NCBI GenBank assembly: GCA_049287025.1
Contig: JBAQFA010000051.1
Span: forward strand, 1,697-65,696
Length of the DNA: 64,000 nt
Direction: 5' to 3'
From: Candidatus Magasanikiibacteriota bacterium
Lineage (GTDB): Bacteria > Patescibacteriota > Patescibacteriia > Magasanikbacterales > UBA922
The notes under the pieces were generated by a model. That model was not told where the DNA came from and did not search any database. It saw nothing but the letters and a program-made list of their open reading frames with translations. Below are positions 18,660 through 29,400 of this stretch, in pieces. Made by a program: the position numbers and the translations under genes. Within the stretch, counting starts at the first letter, position 1; every line of letters begins with the position of its first letter.

Positions 18660-21054
18660 ATTTTTTTTAAGTAAAAATTGGGGTTGGTTGGTTTTTTTAA
18701 TAATGACTTTTTTGAGTTTATCATTTATGATTTTTCAAAAAGGAGTGTGGACTTTTATAGACGAAGCTTATCAAATTTATTATCTTTTAAATTCCGGGGT
18801 ATATTGGCACCATCTTTTTAATTTTTGGGATTCTTGGATTTTTTTTGGCCATGATGCTAGTCAACTTTTATCTAGTAGAATGTGGCCAGGAATTATAGAA
18901 AATTTTTTAAAATTATTGTTTGGTTTAAAATTTGGGAATATAGCATACTTTATTCTGTATTTTTTATTTTCCTATCTTTCTAGTCGCAAATGTCTATCAT
19001 ATATTGTAGATAAAAATAGTAGTATAGTAGGTGCTTTATTTTTTACTTTTAATCCTTTGTCCATTTTCATGTTGGCCGAAGGAAATTTTGTTTTTGTTTA
19101 TCCATCTATAACTATAATAATTGCTTCTTTTTTAGGTTATATTAATAAAAAAGAAAAGATTGATTGGAAATTTTTACTAGTTTTTTTGTTTGGTTGTTGT
19201 TTTTTGATGGCTTATCCACGGATAAGTTGTATGTATATTATTTTACTTTTTAGTATTATTATATTTTATTGGAAATTTTTTTGGCAGATCTTACAAGAAC
19301 AAAAAAAGAAAATGTTTTTGTTGTTTGTGTGTACACTAATTTTTTTATTGCCGATTATACTTAGTTATGGGTTGGTTTTTTTTGATTCTACTAAAGGACA
19401 ATTACCAGGAGTTTATAATTATGTAGAAAATGGCAAGGTATATGCTCAGAATGCTTATAGCATAAACAAGGAAGAAAGTTTTGATAATGCTTTTTTTCTA
19501 GATGAAATTTTTCCAAATTTTATTTATCAAATGTATGACAAACAGTGGGTAAGATTTATTTTAATATCGGTTTTTGGTTCGATTTTTTTATTATTTTTTT
19601 TATTTCAAAAACAGAATAAATTTACAAGAAAAGAACGTTCTTTAATTTTATTTTTTCTTTCGGTATTGGTTTGTAGTATTTTTATTAGAATGATTGGTAA
19701 ATTTGTTTCTTTGGACAATTTTACTCTTGTAATTTATAAATATTTATTTTTTTTAACCAATTGGGTTAATTGGATTTCTTTTGTTACATTGTTTGGTTTG
19801 ATTGTGCCTTTTACTTTTCTTATTTTTAAGAGTGAAAATATATTAAAGAAAATCTTATTTTTTTTATTTTGTTTAATGTTGTTTGTTTGTGTTTATTCCA
19901 CTCTTAGGTTCGGTGATAATCCTAAGTTGGATACTTTGAGCTTAGGTGATATCCCTAAAGATTATCAATCTCTTTTTGTACAAACGAAAAACTATTCACC
20001 TAAACCAGCTTTGTTTTTTCCAGATTATTTAAATTATTTTAAATGGTTTCCTTCTTATCTGTTGGATATTACATTTAGCGGAAATTATCAAAATTTGTTT
20101 AGTAGTAATGACCGTTTGGTTAATAATAAGCAAATTGGGGTTGTGGGGAAAATTTACAATGTAAATACTTATAAAAACATCCAAAATTTATTTATTTTTA
20201 ATTTAAAAGATTTGTTTGTTTTTAAAGACGTTAAGGAAGTTGTTGTTGGTCAGTTTTCTTGGACTGAACCAAATAAGAGGGTGGAGAGATCAAAAGAGGC
20301 CTATGATTTTTTGATTAACAACAATGAAGTGACCTCAACTTTTGATAATAATTTGGCTCATTTTAATTTAATAAATTCAGACGACTTTGATTATTTAGTT
20401 TATTTACCTAAAAAAATTATTTATAGTGAGTTGACTGAATTTTTGGATTCTACTTCAACTCCACAGGCAAGGCCAGTACTAGTTGATAAAGAGTCTTATA
20501 ATAAACAAGCGGTGGAAGGTTTAGATGATTTTAATTTTAATGAAAATAATTCTGTTGATGTTAAGTATTCTTTTCTTAACAAAAGCAAATATTATTTAAA
20601 AATAAACAGATCTAACCTGGACAAGTCCATGTTACTTCACCTTAATCAAACTTTTGCCAGTGGTTGGAAACTAAAATTTGTAGATAAAGAATATTTTGAA
20701 GAAAAAAAATGTGAAGATGATTATGTATTTTATAAATTATCAAATAATAGTGTGTGTCATTATAATTCCAAAATTTTAGAATTGGAAGATGTAAGGCTTT
20801 TATTTAAGCCTACTTTGTCAGATACAAAACATTTTCAAGGTAATTTTATTGGTAATACTTGGTTGGTTGATCCTCAAGATATACCAAATAATTATAAAAA
20901 CAACGAGGATTTGTATGTAGTTTTGGTTTATCAAAACCAGATTTATTATGGCTACGCGACCGCTACGTCAATTTTGGTTTGTATTGTTTTGTTGGGGCTG
21001 ACCATAATTCAAGAGATAAAGAAAAAATATTTTGTTAAAAATGAAAATAATTGA
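18643..21054 (+). CDS. large polytopic membrane protein with C-terminal extracytoplasmic domain (candidate GT-C-fold glycosyltransferase / polymerase)
   Basis: 803 aa. About 12 N-terminal TM helices then a ~380-aa soluble domain. First loop carries an acidic FIDEAY motif. Start overlaps the upstream GT2 gene by 17 nt. Confidence 0.55.
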   Translation: MVEKFKFFLSKNWGWLVFLIMTFLSLSFMIFQKGVWTFIDEAYQIYYLLNSGVYWHHLFNFWDSWIFFGHDASQLLSSRMWPGIIENFLKLLFGLKFGNIAYFILYFLFSYLSSRKCLSYIVDKNSSIVGALFFTFNPLSIFMLAEGNFVFVYPSITIIIASFLGYINKKEKIDWKFLLVFLFGCCFLMAYPRISCMYIILLFSIIIFYWKFFWQILQEQKKKMFLLFVCTLIFLLPIILSYGLVFFDSTKGQLPGVYNYVENGKVYAQNAYSINKEESFDNAFFLDEIFPNFIYQMYDKQWVRFILISVFGSIFLLFFLFQKQNKFTRKERSLILFFLSVLVCSIFIRMIGKFVSLDNFTLVIYKYLFFLTNWVNWISFVTLFGLIVPFTFLIFKSENILKKILFFLFCLMLFVCVYSTLRFGDNPKLDTLSLGDIPKDYQSLFVQTKNYSPKPALFFPDYLNYFKWFPSYLLDITFSGNYQNLFSSNDRLVNNKQIGVVGKIYNVNTYKNIQNLFIFNLKDLFVFKDVKEVVVGQFSWTEPNKRVERSKEAYDFLINNNEVTSTFDNNLAHFNLINSDDFDYLVYLPKKIIYSELTEFLDSTSTPQARPVLVDKESYNKQAVEGLDDFNFNENNSVDVKYSFLNKSKYYLKINRSNLDKSMLLHLNQTFASGWKLKFVDKEYFEEKKCEDDYVFYKLSNNSVCHYNSKILELEDVRLLFKPTLSDTKHFQGNFIGNTWLVDPQDIPNNYKNNEDLYVVLVYQNQIYYGYATATSILVCIVLLGLTIIQEIKKKYFVKNENN

Positions 21055-22768
21055 ATTTTTCAAAAAAAATAGTTTGGTCATAGCGTACTCAGCTTTGGTA
21101 GTTTTGATACTCGCGCCATTGATGCGTAAGGGGTATATTTTTGGAACTGATTTAACATTTGGACCAAATAGACTCTTGCCAACCATAGGCGAAAACACCT
21201 ATTTATTGGATTGGGTGCATTATCTTTGGCAACAATTTTTGCCAGTTTGGTTATTAGAAAAAATTGTCTTTGTTTTTATATTTGTAATCATGATCTATGG
21301 TACAGATAAACTTTTGCAGTTTTTTGTGTCTGACAAATGGTTGAGATTTTCCGGAGTATTAATAGTGACTGGTAGTCCATTTTTATATGAAAGATTTGTA
21401 GATGGGGCCTTCAATGTTTATTGGTCTTATGCTCTGTATCCATTATTTCTATTTTTAATTATTAAATTTTTTGCAGAACGTAGTTTTATAAATATTATAA
21501 AATTGTTAATTATAGTTTTTGTTTTATTAGGCACTTCTATTTATAATGTTTTGATTATTTTTTTAGTAAGTCTGATTTTTTTTATTGTTTATCTGATTCG
21601 AGATGTCGATAAAAAAGATTTGTTTTGGAAAAGTGGTTTAGTCTTATTGTTGGCGGTTATTACCAATTTGTATTGGATGATACCGACACTGCAAAAAGAA
21701 AATGATCAAGGTTATTTGATTGTTGATTCTGTTAACCAAGAAGATTTTAGAGTATTTGCCCCAGTCGGTATTGACCCTCTAAATGTACTTTTGTCAGTTT
21801 TGGCTACTGGTGGGCATTGGGGAGCAGCTACAGACAGGTATTTATCATTTGATCAATTTAATTCTCGGTGGTATTTGGCTTGGTTTTTAATATTTTTATT
21901 AATAATATTTGGAATAGTAAAAAGTTTTAAAAATGCAGAAAAAATAAAAAGAATTTTTTTGGCATTGTTATTAATTGGAATATTTTGTTATTTTTTCGCT
22001 TTAGGTGTTTCTACTGTTTTTTCTAATTATCTTACAAAATTTTTATCTACCCATTTTGTTGTGTATAATGGGTTTAGAGAGACAACTAAGTGGTTGGGTT
22101 TGGTACCAATTGTTTATGCTGTGTTTTATGTTTTTGGAGCAAAAAAGTTATTAGAAATAAAAATGATGGAGAATAAAAGAAAGATAATTTTATTAGCAAT
22201 AATTTTGTTGCCGTTTCTTTTTTCTTTGCCAATTTTTTTGGGTGGACACGGCCAAGTAAAGGCAGTTGATTATCCAAAAGACTGGTATGAGCTGGATGAA
22301 AAAATTAATCAAACAATCTTAATTGATAATGAGAATTGTGAATATAAACAAAATAAAAAAATTGAGAATTGTTATACAGCACTAGTTTTGCCTTGGCATT
22401 TTTATCAACATTTTAAGTTTGTAAACAGAATTGTTATTAATCCTTTTGTGAGTTTTTTGAAAGTTAGAGCTTTGGTAGCTGATAATATAGAAATTGGTAA
22501 AATTTATTCTCAGAGCAACCGGTTTGAATCAAAAATTATAGAAAAATATTTTTCACCCACTGGTGTTTGGTATTATAAAAATGACCTAGAAGTAGATGAA
22601 TATAATATTTTTTTAGATGAACTTAAAAAAATGGGTGTTAAATACATTATTTTAGATAAAGAGATGGACTATGAGTGGTATCAGAATATTTTTTTAAAAA
22701 TGCTTGATGTTAACTTATTAAAACTGTGGTGGTCGAGTGATAATTTACTTGTTTATGAAATTTATTAA
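21032..22768 (+). CDS. large polytopic membrane protein (second candidate GT-C-like / YfhO-like)
   Basis: 578 aa, many TM helices plus a C-terminal soluble region. Overlaps the preceding gene by 23 nt. Confidence 0.5.
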   Translation: MLKMKIIEFFKKNSLVIAYSALVVLILAPLMRKGYIFGTDLTFGPNRLLPTIGENTYLLDWVHYLWQQFLPVWLLEKIVFVFIFVIMIYGTDKLLQFFVSDKWLRFSGVLIVTGSPFLYERFVDGAFNVYWSYALYPLFLFLIIKFFAERSFINIIKLLIIVFVLLGTSIYNVLIIFLVSLIFFIVYLIRDVDKKDLFWKSGLVLLLAVITNLYWMIPTLQKENDQGYLIVDSVNQEDFRVFAPVGIDPLNVLLSVLATGGHWGAATDRYLSFDQFNSRWYLAWFLIFLLIIFGIVKSFKNAEKIKRIFLALLLIGIFCYFFALGVSTVFSNYLTKFLSTHFVVYNGFRETTKWLGLVPIVYAVFYVFGAKKLLEIKMMENKRKIILLAIILLPFLFSLPIFLGGHGQVKAVDYPKDWYELDEKINQTILIDNENCEYKQNKKIENCYTALVLPWHFYQHFKFVNRIVINPFVSFLKVRALVADNIEIGKIYSQSNRFESKIIEKYFSPTGVWYYKNDLEVDEYNIFLDELKKMGVKYIILDKEMDYEWYQNIFLKMLDVNLLKLWWSSDNLLVYEIY

Positions 22769-23327
22769 AATTTTGAAAGATGATTTAGAATTTATTTTTG
22801 ATTATTTTGCTAGCCATTATTTATTTTTGTTTAGTTTTTTTTGTTTAGCTTTTGTCTTGACGGTTTTTATTCCGGTTTGGTCTCCATTAGTTAATGTAAA
22901 AGCTCTGGTAGTTTTTTTTATAATTTATAATGTGTTTGTTTTGCTCAGCAAAAAAGGAAAGAAATTTTTGTCTGAGATTTTTTTGGTATACAAGAAAAAG
23001 AGGTTAAATTTATCTTTTTTTCCACAACTCAGTTTGAGACTAAAGGACATTATAAAATTTATTTTGTTTACTTTAATTTTAGTGGTTTATTTGTTTTTCT
23101 TTCATAATCTATTTTCTTTTATTTTCTTTTTTTTAGGTTGTTGGGCGGTTTTATATTATTTAGAAAGTAGAGTACTGGCGGGATTGGCAATATTGTGTTT
23201 ACTTGGGCATTTTTTCCTTGTTTGGTATAAACAGACGTTATTAGCGGAAAGTTTGGCTTTGAGCGTTTTCTATTTATTAGTCATTGCTACTATAGTAGAA
23301 GTAAAGAATTTTTGGTTAAAAAAATAA
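22737..23327 (+). CDS. small hypothetical membrane protein (196 aa, ~5 TM)
   Basis: Hydrophobic ORF overlapping the upstream gene by 32 nt. Last gene of the overlapping run. Confidence 0.45.
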   Translation: MIIYLFMKFIKILKDDLEFIFDYFASHYLFLFSFFCLAFVLTVFIPVWSPLVNVKALVVFFIIYNVFVLLSKKGKKFLSEIFLVYKKKRLNLSFFPQLSLRLKDIIKFILFTLILVVYLFFFHNLFSFIFFFLGCWAVLYYLESRVLAGLAILCLLGHFFLVWYKQTLLAESLALSVFYLLVIATIVEVKNFWLKK

Positions 23328-23384
23328 GTTTGAATATAAAACTGTGGATAATATAGGTTTCACATAGAATTTTTATAATTTTTG

Positions 23385-23393
23385 TGGTATAAT
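23385..23393 (+). promoter_or_regulatory. extended -10 element TGgTATAAT upstream of the giant gene
   Basis: TGGTATAAT 30 nt before the ATG at 23423. Confidence 0.5.
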
Positions 23394-23422
23394 TCCTTCA
23401 AGGATTAAACAATTCGTTTTTT

Positions 23423-26400
23423 ATGGTTAAAAAAATACAAGAAATTTTAAGAGACAAAGAAAAAATCTCTAGTTTGATTTTTGGCATTTTTATTTTGTTA
23501 ATGTTTAGTTTTATTTTTGCGCCTTCTATCTTAGCTCAATTTATTCGTTCCACTGGCTCCACTGGTTGGGGTTATGGCTATGGCTATGGTTATGGAATTG
23601 GTTATGGTACTTCTGATGGCAGTTACCGTACAACTGGTGGTTCTTTAGATCAATACTTATATGGTTATGGTTATGGTTATCTTGCAGATGAGGACGGTGG
23701 TTCTTGTGAAGTGAGTGCTGGTTGTAGTGCTGTTTGTGGTGGATCTGGTTATACAAACGATGGTGGTGAGACTTGTTATGTGGGTGGGGCATGTTCTGCG
23801 ATATGTGGGGTAGGAAGCAATACATTAACTGGTATTATTACTAATAATTCTAGTCAAATAGTAAGTGGGGCAAGCGTAAGTTTGTCAGGTTATAATTATA
23901 ATAATACAGCCACTAGTGATGGTCTTTATGGTCAATACACATTTAATGGAGTGCCAAATGGTACTTATACTGTTACAGTTAATTACACGGGTTATAACGC
24001 CTCTTCAACTAGTGTTTTAATATCAACTTATACTACTAGAAGTATTGTTCTTACACCTAGCAATGTTTCAGCACCAATCACACCAACTGGTTTAACGGCC
24101 ACACCAGCCTCTATAAATCGAATTAGTCTAAGCTGGGATAGTGTAGCAGAAGCTGATAGTTATAGTCTTTATCGCAGTCTAACAGATAGCAGTTATTCTT
24201 CTGTTGCTTCTGGAATTACCAGCACCTCTTATAGTGATACTGGCTTATCAATTAGTACGACTTATTATTACAAAATCTCGGCTGTTAATGATGCTGGAGA
24301 AAGTGATTTATCAGCCGCAGTTAGTACTTCTACTTTGGATTTTTCTGGTGATGGTACGGTTTGTATTAATGGAGACTGTTCATACTATACTCTTGCTAGT
24401 GCTCTTGTTGATGCTGATAGCGGAAAAACGGTTTATGTACGGGGTGGTTATACTTCAAGTTCAGAATCTTATCCAATTGTTGTTCCACCGATGTCAGTTA
24501 CGGTTGATTGTCAAAATAGCGGAGCGGTAATTGGGACTAGTACTACTTCAACTATTACTGTAGGTGCTGGTAATTTGAAGATACAAAACTGTACCTTAGA
24601 AAATGTTGGTGTGAATGTTAGCGCCGGCGCTCATTTAACTTTGGTTAATAATATAGTGAATCTTTATGATGCACCATATCGAAATACTTTTGTTTGGATA
24701 GATTCTGGAAGTTCAGATCTTAGCGTTACCAGTAATACAATCAATATTTATTTTACTACTAGTCAAGGTTCGGTTTTTATTTTACCAAAGACGCGTACTA
24801 CTTTGATTGATGGTAATAGTTTTAATTATCTTAGTACAGCTACCTCAACTGTGGGGAGTACAATAAATGCTAATTATTCCAATAGTTTTACATTACGTAA
24901 TAATTATTTTTACTTTCCAGACAATCTTGGTATGACTATGATAGGAGCTCTTGAAAGTACTGTTGATTCTATTGGTACTTCAAATTTTACTGTTAATAAT
25001 AATACACTTTATTATAGGTCATGCGCGTCTCAGTGTAATGGTATAAAGTTTACAGCGATGAATTATGATTTAAATGCGACCGTAACGAATAATATAATAT
25101 ATAGCACTGAAAGTAATAGTAACGTTACTGGTTTAAAATTTATTACAACAGGAGCCAGTATTATTGCTTCTGAAGATTATAATGGTTTTTATAATTTAGC
25201 AACCAGTGTTACCACTACTGGATCAAATATTACTCTAACCCAAGGCGGGCACGATTTGACTTTGGACCCACTATTTATCCCAAATACTTTCAATCTTGTT
25301 CCATATAGTAGTTACTTAGATGTTAGTGGTAGTAGCGATATTGGTGCTTATTCGGGCGTTAGGACGACAACTATAAATATTGATGATAACGGATCAATAG
25401 ATTATGTGTCTGTTCATGCCACTTCTACTAGTATTATTGGAAATTTAAAAAATGGCGATACGGTAAATTTGTCAGCTGGTACATATAATGGTTTTACAAT
25501 TAGTTCATCTACTGTCCTGACTGATAATTTAATTATTAGTGGTGCTGGCGCAGAAACAATAATTAATGCTGGTGTAGATGAAAATGGTATTAGTTTGGTG
25601 GGTATTAATACTTCCACAATTCAAAATTTAGTTGTACAAAATGCTTCCACCACCAATCAAACTTTCAATATTACTCGTCATCCATTTGATTATAATGGCC
25701 ATGCTTATAATTCTTTGGTAGAAGACAGCGGGGATGGTATGGTGATGTGGTATGGAGCAGGCATGACTCTTGTTAATGTTAGTAGTAATGATCAAGATAT
25801 TGCATCTTATGTTGGTGATACTCCGCAAAATTGGCATTTGTCATTATTAACTGCAGATGATGATGTGTATATATCTATTTATTTTAGGGATGATTTGGTT
25901 ACTGATTGTGCCGCCATTAAGAGTTTTTATGAAGGATTTTTTGGAAATCCTTCAGCAGATGATGATTTTTGTCAAGAAGATGTATTTTCTTGGAATGCTG
26001 TTAGTTCTACTTATGATTATACCGCACCAACTGGTCCAACTGTGACTACAACTTATCAAAGCGGTACACCAGATATTGCGGTGTCAGATAATTATTATGC
26101 TGGTATTAAATTTGACAGTGCTAATAATAATACCGTTTCTAATGTTACCTCAACAGACAATAGTTACGGTGTTTGGTTTAGTGGGACTTCTGCTGATAAT
26201 GAAGTTTATGATTCTGCACTCAGTGGCTCTCTAAGTTATGATTTGTATTCCGATGCCACTGGTAGTGGAAGTTCGCTAATAAACGTAAATTATAATATAA
26301 CTTCTTCTTCTGTTGGTGAAGCGCCAATTATGAATGGCTTACTAGCTAGAGTTTTTGTGACCAGTTCTAATGGAGCGGTAGTGGGTGTACCAGTAAGTGT

Positions 26401-29400
26401 GGAGGACAATCAAAATCTTCATACTGAAAATTTAACAACCAATGGAGATGGTTATACAGATTATTCTGGTTTTCCTTATTTTGAAATCACTAGTTCTACC
26501 GATGGGTTAGATGCCACCACCACAAATAATTATAGCCCATATTTAATTTCCGCTAATGATTTTGGAGATTATTTAGCTACCTCTACTACAGAATATTTGA
26601 CAGAAAATCAACAGACGTTTACTTTGACAATGGAATATAGCCCGTATCCTGGCAACTTGCCGACTGTTCCTAGTGACGCGATTATCAAACTTATTCGGGC
26701 CAATGATATTTATTATTTATTTTATACCAACACTACTAGCGAAGGCATTTATGAAGTGTATTTAACTACTTCTACAAGTGGGGCAGATGGTATTTGGAGT
26801 GAACCAGGGGATAGTATATTTTCTGATTTAGCACCACTTAGTGAGGGTCGTCCAGTGGATATTCAGTACAATACTTCTGGAAATTATTTTGGGATTTTTG
26901 CTTTCACTTCTAGTACTCATAATATAGTTTTTACTACTTCCTCTAATGCTGTATCTTGGTCAAGTTCAGTTCAAGTACCATCAAATCAACCAGGCGGAAT
27001 TTGGGGTCCAACGGTATCTTTAAAATTTTTACCTGGGACAAATTATGTTATTGGTAGTTGGTTGAGTAGTGGTGGACATGTTTATTTATCTAGTAATGGC
27101 GGTAGTAGTTGGTCTACTACAGATTTTTGTACTGGTAATTATTGTTATGGCGACAGTTTGCTTCCAGAAAGTTATTATTTGTCATATTTGGATGTGGGTA
27201 TTTCTGGTACAGCCGATAATCATGTTTTGCACGCTGGTTTATATTATTCTACCAGTACTGACCGCGTAGATACTGACGCGGGTATCTTGTATGCTTCTTC
27301 TACAGATAATGGCACTACGTGGACCACTTCCACAGTGGTAGGTGATTTGGCAAATGATTTTGGGACTATTTCTAGACTTACCCAAATGACACTTGATGGT
27401 AATGGCAATCCAGGATTTGTTTATGGAAGATTATTGGGTTTTGTTGAAGATGGGCCAAATGTTTATGTTACCACCTCAATGCATTACTCTCATAAGACTG
27501 ATAATGGAGAGTGGGTAACCAGTGTATTGGGAAGTGATAACTATTTGGATGTTAGTGGCGATGGAGATATATATATTAGAGACTTGAATTATATAGCTAC
27601 CGACAAACCAGTGGTGATTTATGCTGAGACGGGAAGTATTTTGAAAATGGCGGTAAATACCAGCACGGAATTTAGTTATGAAACAGTTACGAGTACAGCG
27701 GTCAGTCTATTTTACAAGCCATCTTTTGCTTATGATACGGGCAGTGAAACTGCAGCGATTTCTTATGTCATAGGTAATCAATTACATTTTAGTACTTCGT
27801 CTTTACCAATGCCGGCAGAGTCTTTTGATGGGAATCTTTCTTCTATAGATTATGCTGGTTCAAACTCTTTTACCAGACTTATCTACGCTAATAGCCAGTA
27901 CAACTATTATTACTCTGGTTTAGAAAGTGGTAATTACAATATATATTTAACCACCTCTACCAACGGAGCAAACGGTAATTGGAGTGAGCCAACGACCGCC
28001 CTTAGTACTATTAGACCAAGTATAGATGGTAGCCTTTCATTTCCAATTTTTGATGTTCGGTACAATTCTTCCACTAACTATTTTGGCCTTACCGCCTACG
28101 TTTCCTCTACAGACATAATGATATTTACGACCTCATCTGACGGTGTTACTTGGGGAAGCCAAGTAGAAGTATACACGGCTGTTGATGGTGATTTTAGTGA
28201 ATGGATAGTGGGTATGGATTTTCTTGAAGGTACTGATCTTATTTCTATTGGCTATGAATTTGATAAGATTGCTTTTTCAACTGACGCTGGCGTTACCTGG
28301 TCTACCACCACTATGTCAGCCATGGATTCAAATAATGATGATCTTATTGGTGTAGGTATAACAGCTGGACCAATATTACATGCCATGTATAGATTAAATA
28401 CCACTACATATGATGAGTTTATTTATACTTCCTCTACGGATAGTGGTGCTACATGGACAACCTCTTCAATTCATTTTCCACATAGTACTAGTGCATCAAA
28501 TAATAGATTTGTTTTAGACGAAAATAACAGACCAAGTGCGTTATTATATGATGAAATAATTTCTGATGGGAATTTTAATGCCACTGGTACCATGTTGTTT
28601 GCTTCTCTTGAAGATGGTATCTGGTCTACTAGTACCATTGGTCAAATTAGTTATTTAGCTGAAGATCCTGCTGAACCAGATCTTGGTTTTTATGGATCCA
28701 AACCATATGTGGTTTACTATGGTAATGGTAACTATGCTGAATTTGTCTATAGTAGTAGCACCGCTTCACCTTTTATATTTGTAACATCTACTATTGATGG
28801 AGCTAATACTGTTGGAGAAGTTGGTAGAATGTCCACCACTTATGATAGTGCCAATACTACTGCTGCTGTGGCTTATGTTACTGCTAGTGGAGAATTGAGG
28901 TTTGCGACGAGTAGTTTGGTGTTGCCTGAAGGAGGAGAACCACCAATTTGGGATGGCAATCTTTCTTCTATTAATGATGCTGTTGATTCTCATACTAAGC
29001 TAATCTACGTTGATGGAGTATATAATTTATTTTATTCACGTCTGAAAAATGGCTCTTATGACATTCAATTAACCACTTCCACTAGTGGGGCACCTGGTAC
29101 CTGGAGTGATAATCATGTGGATGTATTTGAAAATGCCGGCATTATTAATATGGGATCTCCCTATGCTTCATTTGACGTCGAATATAATTATGAGCGTGAT
29201 TATTTTGCTTTGGCAGTAATTGCTTCTAGTACCAGTGAAATTATCATTTCTACCTCTAGTGATGGTGGTGTTTGGAATGAAAAATTAACCAATATTCCAG
29301 CAAATTTAATTATGGGCGGTATAAGTTTTGCTACTGGTACAGATCTTATGATGTTGGGTTATGGTTTGACTAGCACTACATTTTTAATGTCTAATGATAA

